From positions 124,001-188,000 of the forward strand of contig NMRA01000501.1 of the NCBI GenBank assembly GCA_002633005.1: 64,000 nt of DNA. The letters run 5' to 3'. The notes under the pieces were generated by a model. That model made no database searches. It had not been told where the DNA came from and worked only from the letters and a program-made list of their open reading frames with translations. Made by a program: the position numbers and the translations under genes. The stretch is from Phoronis australis. Its lineage: Eukaryota; Animalia; Phoronida. Shown here in pieces: positions 34,788 to 48,800 of the stretch (position 1 is its first letter; every line of letters starts with the position of its first letter).

Positions 34788-37059
34788 TAGGCACGTAGGG
34801 ATCCGACTAGTTTCTGACTAGTGGAATGGTGCTTGTTAAGAAGTATCAAAGCCGTCTGGGGACTTGACAGTCACTATTGCAGTGACCTTTCTGTTTTATT
34901 AAAGAGTGTAAAAACGGCCAAGGCAATCCCCCGGGTGTAGTCTTCAACTCACGGCATGGGTCGCATGCTCACGTATACTATTTTATGATGATGAAAAATA
35001 GTGTCCGTATTCAAGAAATTTCGGCGCGAGTTGCAAGGCCGAGACAGCTCTGAAGTTCCATGACAATCAATCACTCATTGGGTCGGGGGCCTCGCGAACG
35101 GTAACATGGTGTTACCGGAAATTCACTTTTTTAAACCTTAGCAATTCGACAAGTCCAACTTAGATTACAGTGCGATGATCTTTGTGTATTACTCAGATGT
35201 CGGCTAAATTGTGGCTTACAATTTAAACAGGCACATACACATCAGGCAAACACTGAGAACCTTTAAGTCTGCTACACGCAGGGCAAAAAGGAGCTCGTGG
35301 AGATTTTTTTGCCAGAAATCTTCAAGTTTGTTAGCAACGACAAAACTTGTTCAGGTTCTGAAGAAGGACAAGACTGCTCAGTTGTAGACAGTCCAAAAAA
35401 AACTGCTTATACATGTACACCACTTCATCTGCGTGGCAAAACTCTCAGGGTCATGTTGGATAAACACTATCCCGGTAGTATGATACATGGTCACGAATTT
35501 AGAGTAGCAGTAGGCTACGCCTTAATGGCAGACAAGAAAAGGAAATCCATATGAATTTTCTTAATGAGATGGCTACTAGTCATCTAGTTAAATTGACCCT
35601 CATGTCTTTTTAACATGGATTGAAGTCCCCAGGTGATGGTATGGTGAGGGAGTCTGTTTTCAACTCCGGGATATCTGTTTTAAACCGGGGTTTCTGCTTT
35701 AATGAAACACGTCCCTGGGCTGTATTGATCCAAACTACGTAGCTTTGGTGGCATGCTCCTTTACTGTTTACGGTTGTATTTCAGACATTCTTTGTGTCTC
35801 CGTGTCAGTGATTGCCGCATGCCTGGTCAAGAAATTTTGCGGTAGGTAACAGTTGTATAAGCATACATAAATGACATTTATAATTGTCTTGTTGTAAGTC
35901 TACACCAACAGAGGGCGTGTATGGAAATAGTGACTCTTGCCTACGCATACTAATTATTAGAAAATTATATCCAGAGGTAACAATCAGTGGTTGCGTTTGA
36001 GAACACTGCGACTCTTCTTAAAGGCATACGTATTGCTAAAGGTACATCAGCTGCGATTGAATAAACAGCCCTAGTCAGTGGACTTGAAGTGTTTGCCTGG
36101 CTTGTCTGAAGAGCTTGAACTGCTGAAAAGTGTCGCAATGAAATTCAGGTACAAAAGACACCTTTACAGAGAAAAACGTAAACATGATTATTATTTCCCA
36201 AAGATCACATTTTCTGTGCACTCGTGTTTGCTATTACATTACAAATTCAATTTCCTGGAAAATGGACAGGCGTGTTCTTCACCAGTGTACTTGTCATAAT
36301 ACTGGCCTGCTTCATACCTTCGTCAGGATATACTTGTACAGGCAGACGAGGGGGAGGGATGACAAGAACCCCTCCCCCTTTCAGCATGTTGTTGGTAGTG
36401 CTTCTCCGTCACGAATCGTTGTTGCTCCCTTTACGATATCCTAGATACTTTCGTAGCATACTATAGATTTAGCTGACTTTCTTTCGGCGATAACGTGTAC
36501 CGTCCACCACAAACTTAAACCTGACACATTTCTTCTCTCTCATCTCAAATTCAAAGCAATCACTAAAGTCTGCAGCTTGATCGAAGTTTCTGGCAATTTC
36601 AAAAACTTGAAATCTTTCGGCAGCTCTTCTACATCTCATCTACAATCCTATCTAATCTAGTCCATATTTCAGCGTAATTGTCCAGTTGCACCACACTACG
36701 TCTATAGCTGTGAATAAAAGGCATGCGGTCCGTAGATGTAGTTTATTGCGCATTTTTCTATTTTCCAAAATAGTACTCAAATTTGGGCGGACTTTCTGAC
36801 ACGTTCTACTAGTCGAGTAAAATCCTAGAAATCAAACAATGTTCCCACCCATAAAACATAGCTGGCAAAAAGATTTTGACCTTTAGTTAAACTTACACTT
36901 ATTTACAGTGTACTGTAGTTTCATTGAATCCACGATCACTCTCCTTTTCGAAGTTGCATGTGTCTATACTGTAGTTGTTTGTTGTTGCTTCCATTAGCGC
37001 CACCTTTTAAGGACAACCGTCCTTATTTTCCAGTTTTCCGTGAAATGGTTCGTGGTTGA

Positions 37060-37238
37060 TACGCCGTTAAATGTAACAATTTCGTAAAATGTAACAACTA
37101 TTACACTTACATTGTTTACGTTGCTAGGCCTCTCCTAAAATGTAACAAGTTGTTATATTTTATGCAGTTGTTACAATCTACGTCGAATGCATATGCGAGA
37201 AATGTGTCATTGTTACATTTTACAAAAGCGGCGTCGTA
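37060..37238. mobile_element. Small MITE with TGTAACA subterminal repeats
   Basis: TACGCCG..AAATGTAACAA repeats inverted to TTGTTACATTT...CGGCGTCGTA. Confidence 0.5.
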
Positions 37239-38558
37239 TTTCATGAGTTTGCATGGTACATGTATTTGTCACTAGGGAGAAAACGGTTCACACACCAAAC
37301 GCCTTTGTTGGTGACATTTCTTGATGTAGAAAATTAGTGTAATTAAAAGCAAAGTTACGTAATTTTAGTGACGATGTATAATTAATTAAATATATTGGTT
37401 GTTTTCCAACATTTGTATCCTCCTATGAGTGCATAGGAAGTGATTCAACACGTGTCTTTTACCAGTTGTGGGATGTTTGTTATAACAACTGTGCCTTGTT
37501 TTGCTAGTTGTGTAACTTTAAAGTCTTTGAAACCTGTCAGCTTTGGGATGAGGCATTTCCGACAACAACAATAATCAGAACTATTATCCATCGAAATTAC
37601 TTAACTTTTGTCTGCCTACACCATATTTGATAATGACTTGGCTTCATTGTTGGAGTCCACAACTTTATTTAGGGAATGGTTTTGATACCAGCAACTTTAT
37701 TCAAATAATTGTTTTGGAACTAGAGGTAGCACGTTAGAGGAAGTTTGTGGTTTTCATGTTTTGAACTATCTCGCCCACCTTTCTTGTATTCCGTATAAAT
37801 GTTCTGTTAGCTACTCTAGAATTCATATTGCTTGGAGAGAGGTTGCTTGCTTCAAAAATATTACAGATACCCAGGGTTGGTAAGAGACAACTTTATTTCT
37901 TGATGTTTTACTATTAACTTTGTCTTTAGAAACAATTATTCTCAGTTCTTTGATTATTTGATTAATTCATAGAAATTGTTGTAACTACAAGTTTCTGCTA
38001 ACTAGTGTTTGCCTAATTGTGAGTTGATATATCATCAGACATGCAGTTTTCTGTATTTTAGTATGATGTTATTCGTACTTCAATTTGTATTAGAGGTTTT
38101 TATTATCTTTATCAATTGTTTCAGGTTTAATCGTATTCGTAAATTATGGTATTCGTATCGTATCGTGTCATAAACAAAGTTTTAGGAACCACCGTTACGG
38201 TATTATTTTATACGCATGTAACCAGCACGGCCAACAACAAAAACAAAAACAAGAGGGACGGACATCTAATGTGCTTGTGGATACGCTACTGCCTTCTTTC
38301 TCGAATTGTTTGAATGAAATTCTATCAAATGTGTTTTTCATTTTTTAACATGAGTAGTTTGTTGGTATAATCAAAAATGTACTCCGTACAGTTTCAACTC
38401 CAGAAAAAAGGAGTTTCCACGATCAGGCAACAAGATTTTCAATTGTTAAAACGTTCCAGATGTTGCTAGGTTTTCAAACAAAAATCATTTTAGTTATTAA
38501 TCATTCCACCTAGGTGTTCCAATAAGCAGTATGCCAAATATCTGTGTTATGTCATCAT

Positions 38559-39111
38559 TGTTGTCCGATGTTCTCGTGCAGTCACTCTGCGCACTCGACA
38601 CAATGTCAGAAGTAGACTGCTTTCTTTTATTGTTTTGTTTGTTTACTAGCAGATAACGCTTGATTGACAGGACCCACGAGGTCAGACCAGTGATGGTGCA
38701 ATTTCTTTAAATTTGAGTAAAAGAGAAGATTCTAGAAGATTCCAGTTAATTAGTCTGGAACATTTTAGAGCCTAGTATTTGTAGAATGACTGGATAGATT
38801 CAGGAAAATTCTACAATGTGCTTGAATTCGTGAATTTCAGAACATTCTAAGAGACTATAAATATTACCCAGGTACGAGTTAGTGACAGTTGGTTAAATTC
38901 ACTTGCTGAGTCGAGTTAAAGTTGCAACTGAGTATGAGTTACAGAATCAGCAGCTACAGCGTTAGTCAATAGAGCGCCACCTATTGCTAGACCCCAGGTT
39001 ATTAATTAACGGATGACTGTACAAATAATGTAACAGTTACTAAAGTGTCTCTGAAGCTCATCACAAGTCAGGGTTGCCCAGATATGGCTAGAGCATAGAT
39101 CAGACATTACA
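38559..39111 (-). mobile_element. Possible solo LTR
   Basis: TG...CA ends, AATAAA near the minus-strand 3' end, TCTAGAA-rich core, imperfect 4-bp TSD TCAT/TCAA. Confidence 0.3.
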
Positions 39112-39878
39112 TCAAAGGTTTTGTTTGACTCGGATGACTTGTGAACGTACATGTACGGCCGAGATAAAGGGAAGTTAATACATTGACATGTAGCCCCGGT
39201 CAGTAGCTTGAGATCGAGTCACGGACTATAAGTAAAGCATAAACAAGGTTGTTGACAATATGGACACTATTCGCAATATTTCAGTCTTGAAATGTTACCC
39301 GAACAAAACGCCTGAAGGCCTCGCAACGACTGCTCACGCATTTTGAGTCACTTAATGTTGCTATTCGGAAAATCTACAACTAGAGGGCGTGCGTGTACTA
39401 GTGGTGATAGATTAACAGCCTCGATTTCGCGAGCCCTTTAAATACATGGTGAAATGGCTTGCAGCCGTGCCAACTGAATCTGAGATTGCGTAAAAAGGGT
39501 GCTTCTATGAGGGGAAGTAAGCACGACCTCATACAAAGGTAAGGTTTGTGATCATTTTAACGATTATTCCATGATTATTCTACCGATGCCTGTTAACTGA
39601 GGCACTCGCCGNTTAGCAGTAATAAGGCTTAGCGCGACGACGTATTTTGATAAAAATTCCATCTTTTACCAGTTGTTTACATGCAGACAGCGACGCATGC
39701 GCAATTCAATCACCACTAGTACAGCAGCGACACCGCGAGGAGAATTCTCCGAATAGCCCCATTGTCTAACAGGTGCCTGGACTGCATTAATTATTTCTTG
39801 GGGACCTGTGTTCATGAGTGCGTGAGCCGTGTTGTTGGGGTTGCTTGCTGTTGACATTTTAGTGTTTGCTGTTTCTAG

Positions 39879-42800
39879 TTGCAGAACAAGACTGTATCGA
39901 AGCAGACGACTGGCCCCGAGGTCTCCGTTATCGAGGCAAGATAAACGTGACAATATCACGACTTAAAGCCACTGGCAAGAACGTATCGTGTCAGAGATGG
40001 ACAGCACAGTCCCCGAACACGCACATTTTCGGCCACAATCCAAGCGCTCTAGGAGCATCGACTGTGGCGGAAGTAATTGAAACTTAGTTTATAATCACAT
40101 TGTAATAAACGTCCAAGCAGATAGTTTCAGTGATAGCCGAATAACTACCCATGGGTTTCCTTCAGGAAGGCTTTGCCCACAGTAGCTGCGGCTTGCAAAC
40201 GGACACGTGGCAGTTTGCCATATCAGGCTATTGCCGCGATCGCCAATCTCAGTTTTAAAGTTCATTATTTTGTAAATGATTTTTGGCCCATGTGACTCAA
40301 ACGGGTTGCCGTTGGTCTTCTTGTATTGATGCCGGCAGGGTTTCCTTCCGCTGGTATCGCCATAACAGGAGCATGCTCATTCGATACAATACGTCATTTA
40401 ATTTCCGTACATAGTACGACTGTACATATAAAATTATATGTCGTAATGTACACGGTAACGCCACACAAAACTGGAGGAACTGTGCATCGACTGAGCTTGG
40501 GCAGGAGCGTCATTAAGCACAATGCGCTGGCAAACTGTGGTGGGCGGCAGAGTTTCACCTTAAAGAAGCTCTCTCACGGCTATTGCTGCAACAATCGGAC
40601 TTTATTCTACGTTGCAGAAAGGTTTATTGAACCAGGTGCCATTAACCTTTTGAGTGGCTTTAAATAGTTTTATCGGACCAAGTAAATCAAGAATAACCGA
40701 CGGTGCTATCTCAATAATTTGACAAAGAAAAAAACGACATTGTATCGTCATTTCGTAGGAAAGGGACAGTCCTCTTTAAAGCCCGTGGTGATTAAAATTT
40801 GAACACCAATGGACTAGGACATGAAATGTCAGTGAAGGATGCGTGGAGCCCATAGAGGCACACTGCAATCCGTGTTCAATGGAGCAATTCGGTGTTTCAG
40901 CTATAGGCGCTGAAACACTGGTAATTTTGACGAACTGGATCGTAAAATGTCACAAAACTATTCCCTAATTATCCAATTACTACCACCAAATAAGTTTATA
41001 TTTTGTGATTTTCCCGTCATTTGGAGTTACAAGTAGTTTCTTCGCGAGAGACAATTTGTTTTCTTAAAGTGCCATTTGTATTCGAACGGACATTAAGCTA
41101 TTGACGTACATGTATGCACGTAGTCTTGGGCTAGTGCCTGATGGCCTCCTAAGATCAATGGCGGATCTACGTTTTCAGTAACGGGGGTGGGGGGTTCAGA
41201 ATTCGCACGGCGAAACCGAGGCGCGTAGTGCAGAGCGGGGGAAGGTCGGGAGGGTGTCTTCCCCCGCCCGTGTAAGAGATTTTTTTGTTTTTGTAGCCAA
41301 ATATTGCAATTTCTAGGTATTCTGGGGATTTTGTGGCACTTAACGTGTCTCTGAAGTTGATTTAAAACCCTTGTCGATTTTGTTTTAATGAACTTGCCTC
41401 GTAAGTTCCGTAAAACCATATTTATGCACATCCGGGTATGAGTCACACCACCAGCAAAATTTTTGTAAGAACACAATTCAACACACACCCATTTTTAGCA
41501 ACTACCAAATGTTCAAGAGCATAAGGAGCACCAACAGCCACGTAAATACATAACAATTAATCAGATGATCGCGTGGCAACAGCCTCCAGCTGTTTAAGAA
41601 CAATGACTGGCATTGTTATGCCCGGAAACAAACAAATGTTCTGTCTCGTTACCAGAAAATGAGGAACAATGGTGATATCAGCGCAAAGTATATTACTGAA
41701 CACGACAATGAACACTGTCACAACTAAAAAACGTCAAATGTATCCGGAAAAACTACCTAAAACATTTTCAAAACCAAAACAGCTGTACACCGTGGTGAAA
41801 AGATGTACAAGATCAATTCGCTGATGGACCAGATATACACTGAGAGTCAATACACAAATAAGCTGGTCTGGTCTGTCGCTAGATAAAAAGTACACTGTGC
41901 TAAATATCTCAACAAAAAGTACTGACTGAGGTAAATAATTTTACAAAGCATTGTGGTAAACAGATGTATAACGTATGTTATGTAGCTCACAGCAAAATAG
42001 CGAGTTCGTCGTGGTTCCAAAATATAAAAGTAGATCGGGAGAACTCTTCAAAAAGAACAGCACCCCTCCGCACGACTCGTGAATACTCCAAGCACTTCGG
42101 CAATACCTATGTTCATGAGCTGTTCCCATAAAATCTACAATGACAGACAAAATCAGGTGACCACTACATTGAAAACTGCTCCATTGACACTTTTTGATCG
42201 CCAGTGCTTGTTCATATACGTATTTTATGGATCAGTGACAAAGCTTGGCGCACTTTCAGTCACACAAGATAGACTTGCAGAACACACGCCTTGGGTTGCG
42301 CTGGATAAAGCGCTTGACGACCAGTGACGTGTCTTGTCCTTTCGTTGTTTCGTAATGCAAGGCCATCAGAGATAACTCATCAAGCCTTTCCTCAGACATA
42401 GTAGCCCTCAAATAAATGTGTCTTCACACGCCTCTCTGCCTCACAGGATCCAATAGGGGATGCACATCCTATCAATATCAGCTCCCTGACGTTTGGAAAG
42501 ATGTCGCCCTCTGCGTGCTCAAGTGCTGAACGCAAGCTACTTGGCAGTTCCTCTAGATTTCGACTATTCCAGAAGGACCACCAGCGTCGGAGCTCTCGCT
42601 GAAATTAGAGCAAAGACATGGATACTTTTATGTTTCTAATATTACTTAGGACAATCGGTAATTTAACAGAAGAGACAACGTGTTACTCAAAATGCCAATG
42701 GTCAGAAGGGAGTCACCTTCAAGGAGTCTGGTGATGGCAAGTCTATGTCCCAGACATGGAGCCGATCTTCCAGTGAGTCTAACTCTGCATCTCTCATCCT

Positions 42801-45800
42801 GCTAACCACTAATGGCACAAGGGACATGACAGCTTCCACCTGCCTGTCGTCTTTCGATAACCTGGTGGTCAGCTGCTGCTACACCTTGTCTAGGAAGGGT
42901 ATTCCCACGGTTCTTCTGTATTACTCACTGGAACAAACAAGTATTGACAGCAAATTTAACTTCGCACTACGTGACATAGAAAAGCAGATAAAGAGCAAAG
43001 TGGAAATACAAAATAGATTCGTCTTCTCTGTGCTCGCAGATCCTCTGCTTTAGTGGGTAAATTTAGCATGTCCGAAAATAATTTTCTTTTTTCGTTTTAA
43101 TTGTACACAAGCATCAAAGAAAGGAGTAAGTCAGAAAAAGAAATTATGTATAAAACGTGTAAAATTGCAATGTATTACCTGGGTGTTTCTGCAGGAACGT
43201 TTGCCCTATGCTTATGGTGTCTGGATTGCCGAGAAAATTGGATAACGGATCCAATATTCTCAGCTGTGGTTTGCGCATCTTGGAACCATTCAACCCAGAC
43301 GTCATCGTTGTTTGTTCTCAATGCTTGTACTTCGTCAACTGCTGTGTCAATGAGCTTGTAAGCATTTACAACGCCAGCGTCTCGTTTTTGCAGCTTGGCA
43401 CTAGGCCCCTTGAGGTTGTCAAGTCCGTTCAAAAGAGTCAGAAGCGAAACTATATTTGACCCGCTAATCATGGACTTCTTCAAATTTTGTGCTTTTGTCA
43501 AGAACGATGCATCCCAAGACCAATTTGCATCTCTTGTCTCCTCAATCTGGGGATATTGATTGGGTACTACCATAGCATCAAACGTGGGGAAGATATACTC
43601 AAAGAGAGCATGGGACATTTCTAGAAATTCATGTCCCTCAGTCCATCTGGTTTTGAAGAGACCATTGACACCAAATAAAGCTCATGTGGGTGGGTCTTTC
43701 AGCAAAAATTTCCATTACAGAAGACGGCAGTCTTTCGTATTGTGGGTAGGAACAAGGTCAGTGCTGAGGTCTGCATCAGAGCTCCTTTTGCGATGCTGAA
43801 ATATGGATATCTAGGAGGCCTATTGAACACATCTGCGCGAGTGCCGCAAGACATGCTGGGAGCGTACTGCTTGCACGCAATTTCTGATACTGTACACTGT
43901 TCGAGTACGTCGTCAACCAAACTACAGTGCCGTCCATAAAAGCACTCACAAGGGAATGGAAAACGTGTTGATCGTTTTTAAAATGAATACGTGCGCAAGA
44001 CAACTTTATTTTTCACCAGTCAAATTCAAGTTACAAATGTGCGAATAATAATCGGAAGACAAGGCATGACAGATGAAGACAATTTCGATGGCTCCGGGAA
44101 TTGAACTCAGGTTGCACGAGTGAGAGACAAAAGTTTATCCAGTTCAGTCAAGAAACGCTTGCCGCTTGACACCTGACCTAGAGTGTCTATCTGGCTGTAC
44201 GTCACACCCGGTAGTCACGTGTCATAACACGAGGTAAAAACGTAGCACGTTGATATGCCTGAATGTCAGGGGTGCGGTACCATAACATTTTCTCTAATCA
44301 TTTCAAAACATATCTTAGAGTAAAGACGCTAGTTACCTAAAAAAATCGGCTACGGATCTTTGCTTTTTCCGCGGTGGATCCAGCTAAAATGCTTCGCTAC
44401 TTCAGACGGAAGCGTGCACACAACTGAACTCCGCGCGACTTGTTGAGGTGTCACGAACTCGCTGGTTCCTTGCGTGTCCGCTAGGGGCCTAGGTTCACGT
44501 TTGATAATTCCAAAAGAACAGTGGTACAGCCGTAGTAATTATGATCGAGTTTCTCTTTTGATATCTTATTGGTTATATAGAAATTTAATGAGATCATGAA
44601 GTATGAAACTTTGACCGCCCTTTGTAGGTTCAAAACTACTGTCGGAATGTGAACAATAACGAGAAGCAGCCCTGGTGCTATATAACAAGACCAGCTGATC
44701 GTCGGGGCAGCAGCACCAGCAGATTGATAGTCATCCCAAACGTGACTGATGTAAAAAAGGGACAGGAGACCCGCTGGCAGTATTGCTACGTGCCCAAGTG
44801 TATTCCGGGTAAGAGTAGTCCGTCGTTACTGTTACTAATAGGAGTTGTCCAGATAATACAACCTACACAGGTGCATAATAACGATGGACACAGTCGCCTT
44901 TGTACAAAAGTAAATCTCCACTCCGTTGGAGTCTATGCTTGAGGGTGATCCTTCGCTTTTCTAGTGACATATATATTCGGCATTTAAATGTGACTGGGAG
45001 CGAACACAAGGTATTGGAAGCAATAAAAACCGAATTTTTGCAATTAAGAACTGACAGCCCTGGACACTGTTCCCTTGTTTTATGGCGCGAAAGACGTCCA
45101 CAGCAACTCGATAATTGTTGTCTAGACTGAGTACGCTTAAAGGAGTTTGAGTAAGTTTTAGTGGTCGCCATTTCAAGTTGGAGCAATAACAGAATTTCTA
45201 CGTAATGTAAGGGTTTGCATGGTTGTCAATTGCTCTGGAGTCTGAGTTTGTCTTAAACATGAAAAGAATCCTACCGGTTGCCACCTTAACCGGTCGAGAT
45301 TGGGCAACTCGACTAGTTTCCGCACCATAGAATTTACCGGTTCAGATCAAAGACACCATGCTGTTTTGGATAATTACATTGCACCAGGCTGCTGGTGTTA
45401 TTGTGCTCTAGATAATGAGACCATCATAAACACATTAGATAAACAATAGCATTTTTAAATTTTCGTTTGAAAGTTTGTAAATAGCATATTTGAATAGTTC
45501 GTGAAAAGCACAAGTGTTTAGATTTTTGAACTTTGAAATCTCGACAAGGAATGCGACTTTTACAAACTCAAACGTTTGTTTAATTTTGCAATATTATGTT
45601 CCTCGTTAATTCTGCTGGGTGTGATTGGGCCACTTACCAAACCACCAGGCAACAGCTTGATTCTGAGGTAAGCCAAGTGTCATCCTACAATTGCTGGCAT
45701 GAAGGGAAGATCAAATGAGAGTAAAGTTTGTGTTCACGCCCACTGCACTAGAAACGTCATTTTACGAAACGTTGAAAGTTCATTCAAACCGCCGTGTAAC

Positions 45801-48800
45801 CCTCTGGTCATGTTTAAGTCAATTTCCAGTGAACGTTTTGATCTATAACTGCTTCACGTCTCTGCACTTCACCAAAACTAAAAGTAGTCAATATTACGCT
45901 GTGGATATATTGTCTTTGTCGTGCTCTTTTAGTTTGCTGTAACGCGCGTCTTTACTTTGACTCTTTCGACCAGAGCCGGGAAACTGGAGTCCGTGGAGAA
46001 AAGGGCTTTGCTCACTAACGTGTGGTAATGGAGAAAGGGTGCTGACACGCACCTGCAGTAACCCAGCACCCAAGCACGGCGGGCAGTGTGAACAACCCTT
46101 ACTGAATAAGAAGACTGAGGTCTGTCACGAGAGGAATTGCCCAAGTATGTCTTCACATACATGTCAGAGCCCATAGAAACCGCGTAGTTTGTCAAAGTTT
46201 AGATAACTGTCACTAGCGATGTTATAAATTTTAACCCAGTTTAAAGGTTTTAATTGTAAGAATGAGCAGCAATCAAATTCAACCGTAAATTTGTCTGCCG
46301 TGAAGTCCCGGTAAGTGCCTGGTTTTGAAAGATTGGTCGCTTTTTATCATACAGTGTAGCTTTATGGAATAGGCTGTGTTTCGTGTTTCGGGTCTTGTAC
46401 ACCGAAAGAACAAGGTGGGGCCGGTATCAATTATCCAGGCGGTAGACTCGTAGGCCTACACGTAACACAACGTAACACAACTCGAAAACGTTGTCGATAT
46501 GACATGTTATTTCGATTATTACACATTAAAAAGGTTCCAGCTAGAGAGTCAACCAGAGTCAGAGGCATCGGTAACACCTCGGATATTTTCTTAGCTTCAA
46601 ATTTCCCGGATGTTTGGCCTAGTCAAACGACAACCGTCTGGTAATGCTTTTGAAAAACCACGGCAGCCCCGAAGATGAAATACCCCGAATTGTAAATTTG
46701 TTTTTCGCAGCCGACGGTAAGTGGACGGAGTGGGAATTACATGGCCATTGTACGAAGACATGCGGGGGAGGCAAGAGAAGCATTGCACGTTCCTGCACCA
46801 ATCCCCCTCCACAGTACGGTGGCAAGGACTGTCCGGGCGAGCAGCAGAAATTCAACATTAGAGAGTGTAACACCCTCCCTTGTCCGGGTGAGTTCCACTG
46901 CCATTAGAATAAACTTGCTATTACCTGACCTCGGTCAAAACCTAACCGCTGTAAACCTGGACTAGATTTGATACATGTGCTTTAGCTGCTTAAGAAGATC
47001 CGACATTTTACCGTTGTTTAAGACAATGCTTGGCGCGTAAAATAAAAATGAAAATACCGGTCAATCAGTATGCTCCGAATGTGGTTGGGTTGACTGTTTC
47101 GTTACTCCATGTAGTTGTATTGTTTTTCATTGGTGAGGATTGCTATTACCGATTTGGAGAATACTTTTTAAGAAAGTGTATCTTTCCGGACCGATCCTCT
47201 CGTTTTTCTCTAATCAAGCGTACTTTTCAGTATCAAAATGCTTAAAATCATCAATTTCGTACAAAAAACACAATGAAAGAAAAACCTCAACAGTCACCAG
47301 GTGTAAAATTAGAGCAAGGAGCGTACGAGTATAGGAGAGTTCACTCCGCCCTTTTACCATTCGCCGCAATGGTTACCGGTCGAAACACTAGCGTTCCAAG
47401 CGGTGAATAATCAATACTTACTTAGGAGCGCAGTCCGAACAATGTAAACACTGATGAATTCATACTTTAATGGCGTTCAACGTGCAATAAAATTACTGTG
47501 TGATTGAAAGTGGTTAGAATACGTAAACTAACATCCACTTATAATCGAATGAGAATGAAAATGTGTATTTTAATCAATATTAAAGTGTATTTGTTTTTAT
47601 TCTTTTGAAGCTCCCTTCAAAGTCTATCACGGTCTTGTTTCATGTTTGAGTTCTTAACAAGGCAAATTATCTTTCCATATAACAGTTCATACCTCCATGG
47701 ACAATAAAATTTGAATGATTGCTCCTGGGGGTTCAGAGGGTAATTCCCCACAGGTGACAGATAAGGGGGTACAAGGCAAAAACCATGTGGGCGCCAAATG
47801 GCGGTGTTGACCATCTCCCAGGGGGCTTACATGGGAGGAGTGCTAAACAGGTAAAAACCAATGGGGGTATGCCACATGGGTGTTGAGCCATTCCCATTGT
47901 AATAAATTTTGGTTGCTCCCCTGACCATTGACAAACATGTTGCTCCCAGCTCACTGCTGGTTTCACCTCCACCCAATTTCGCATGTGTTCCTTATTCAAT
48001 GCACCAGGATACTAACAATGTGAATAATTGTTTGGTGTAGTGGGTGTTACACATGTAAGAAGAAGAAAGCAATTCATCACTACCACAAAATCGTAATATA
48101 ATTTTAGAACATCCCATTATTTCTTAGACATTCCAGCATAGGGTAAACTCGATTGCACTCTCCCACGCGCGCACCCAGGGGGCTCGGGGGGCTTGAACGA
48201 GACAAAAAGTCNNNNNNNNNNNNNNNNNNNNNNNNNNNNNNNNNNNNNNNNNNNNNNNNNNNNNNNNNNNNNNNNNNNNNNNNNNNNNNNNNNNNNNNNN
48301 NNNNNNNNNNNNNNNNNNNNNNNNNNNNNNNNNNNNNNNNNNNNNNNNNNNNNNNNNNNNNNNNNNNNNNNNNNNNNNNNNNNNNNNNNNNNNNNNNNNN
48401 NNNNNNNNNNNNNNNNNNNNNNNNNNCCACAACATCATGTGAAGGAGTATCCGTGCCCATACTTTGCCGGAACATCGTATCTCAGAAACAGCTGGCAGGA
48501 CTTATACGAAACCTTTAGGTATTGTGCTTCATGCGCTATCATCCAAACCTCTGTTAGAAACTGTTTTTGAAATGTTCCGTTTTGCATGGGTCGTTGGGGG
48601 GCGGGGGTGCGTGTGTGCGTGTTAAGAGTGAGAATGTCTAGTTTTTGTCTTACATGTCTTTGTATTTTTGCTCTGTTTACCAATAAAAAACATTGCATTA
48701 TAAGAAAACAAAAGCATAATTTCGGAAAATGTAGAATAGACTTTTAGATTTTATCTTTACATCTAAATAAAGACACTTCTCCATGTTCTTGATACCGTAG

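Noticed and set aside
35785-35841. Hydrophobic 57-nt phase 1-1 exon candidate (ILCVSVSVIAACLVKKFC)
   Set aside because: Good splice sites, but phase-incompatible with the 32168 exon; cannot be placed without transcripts.
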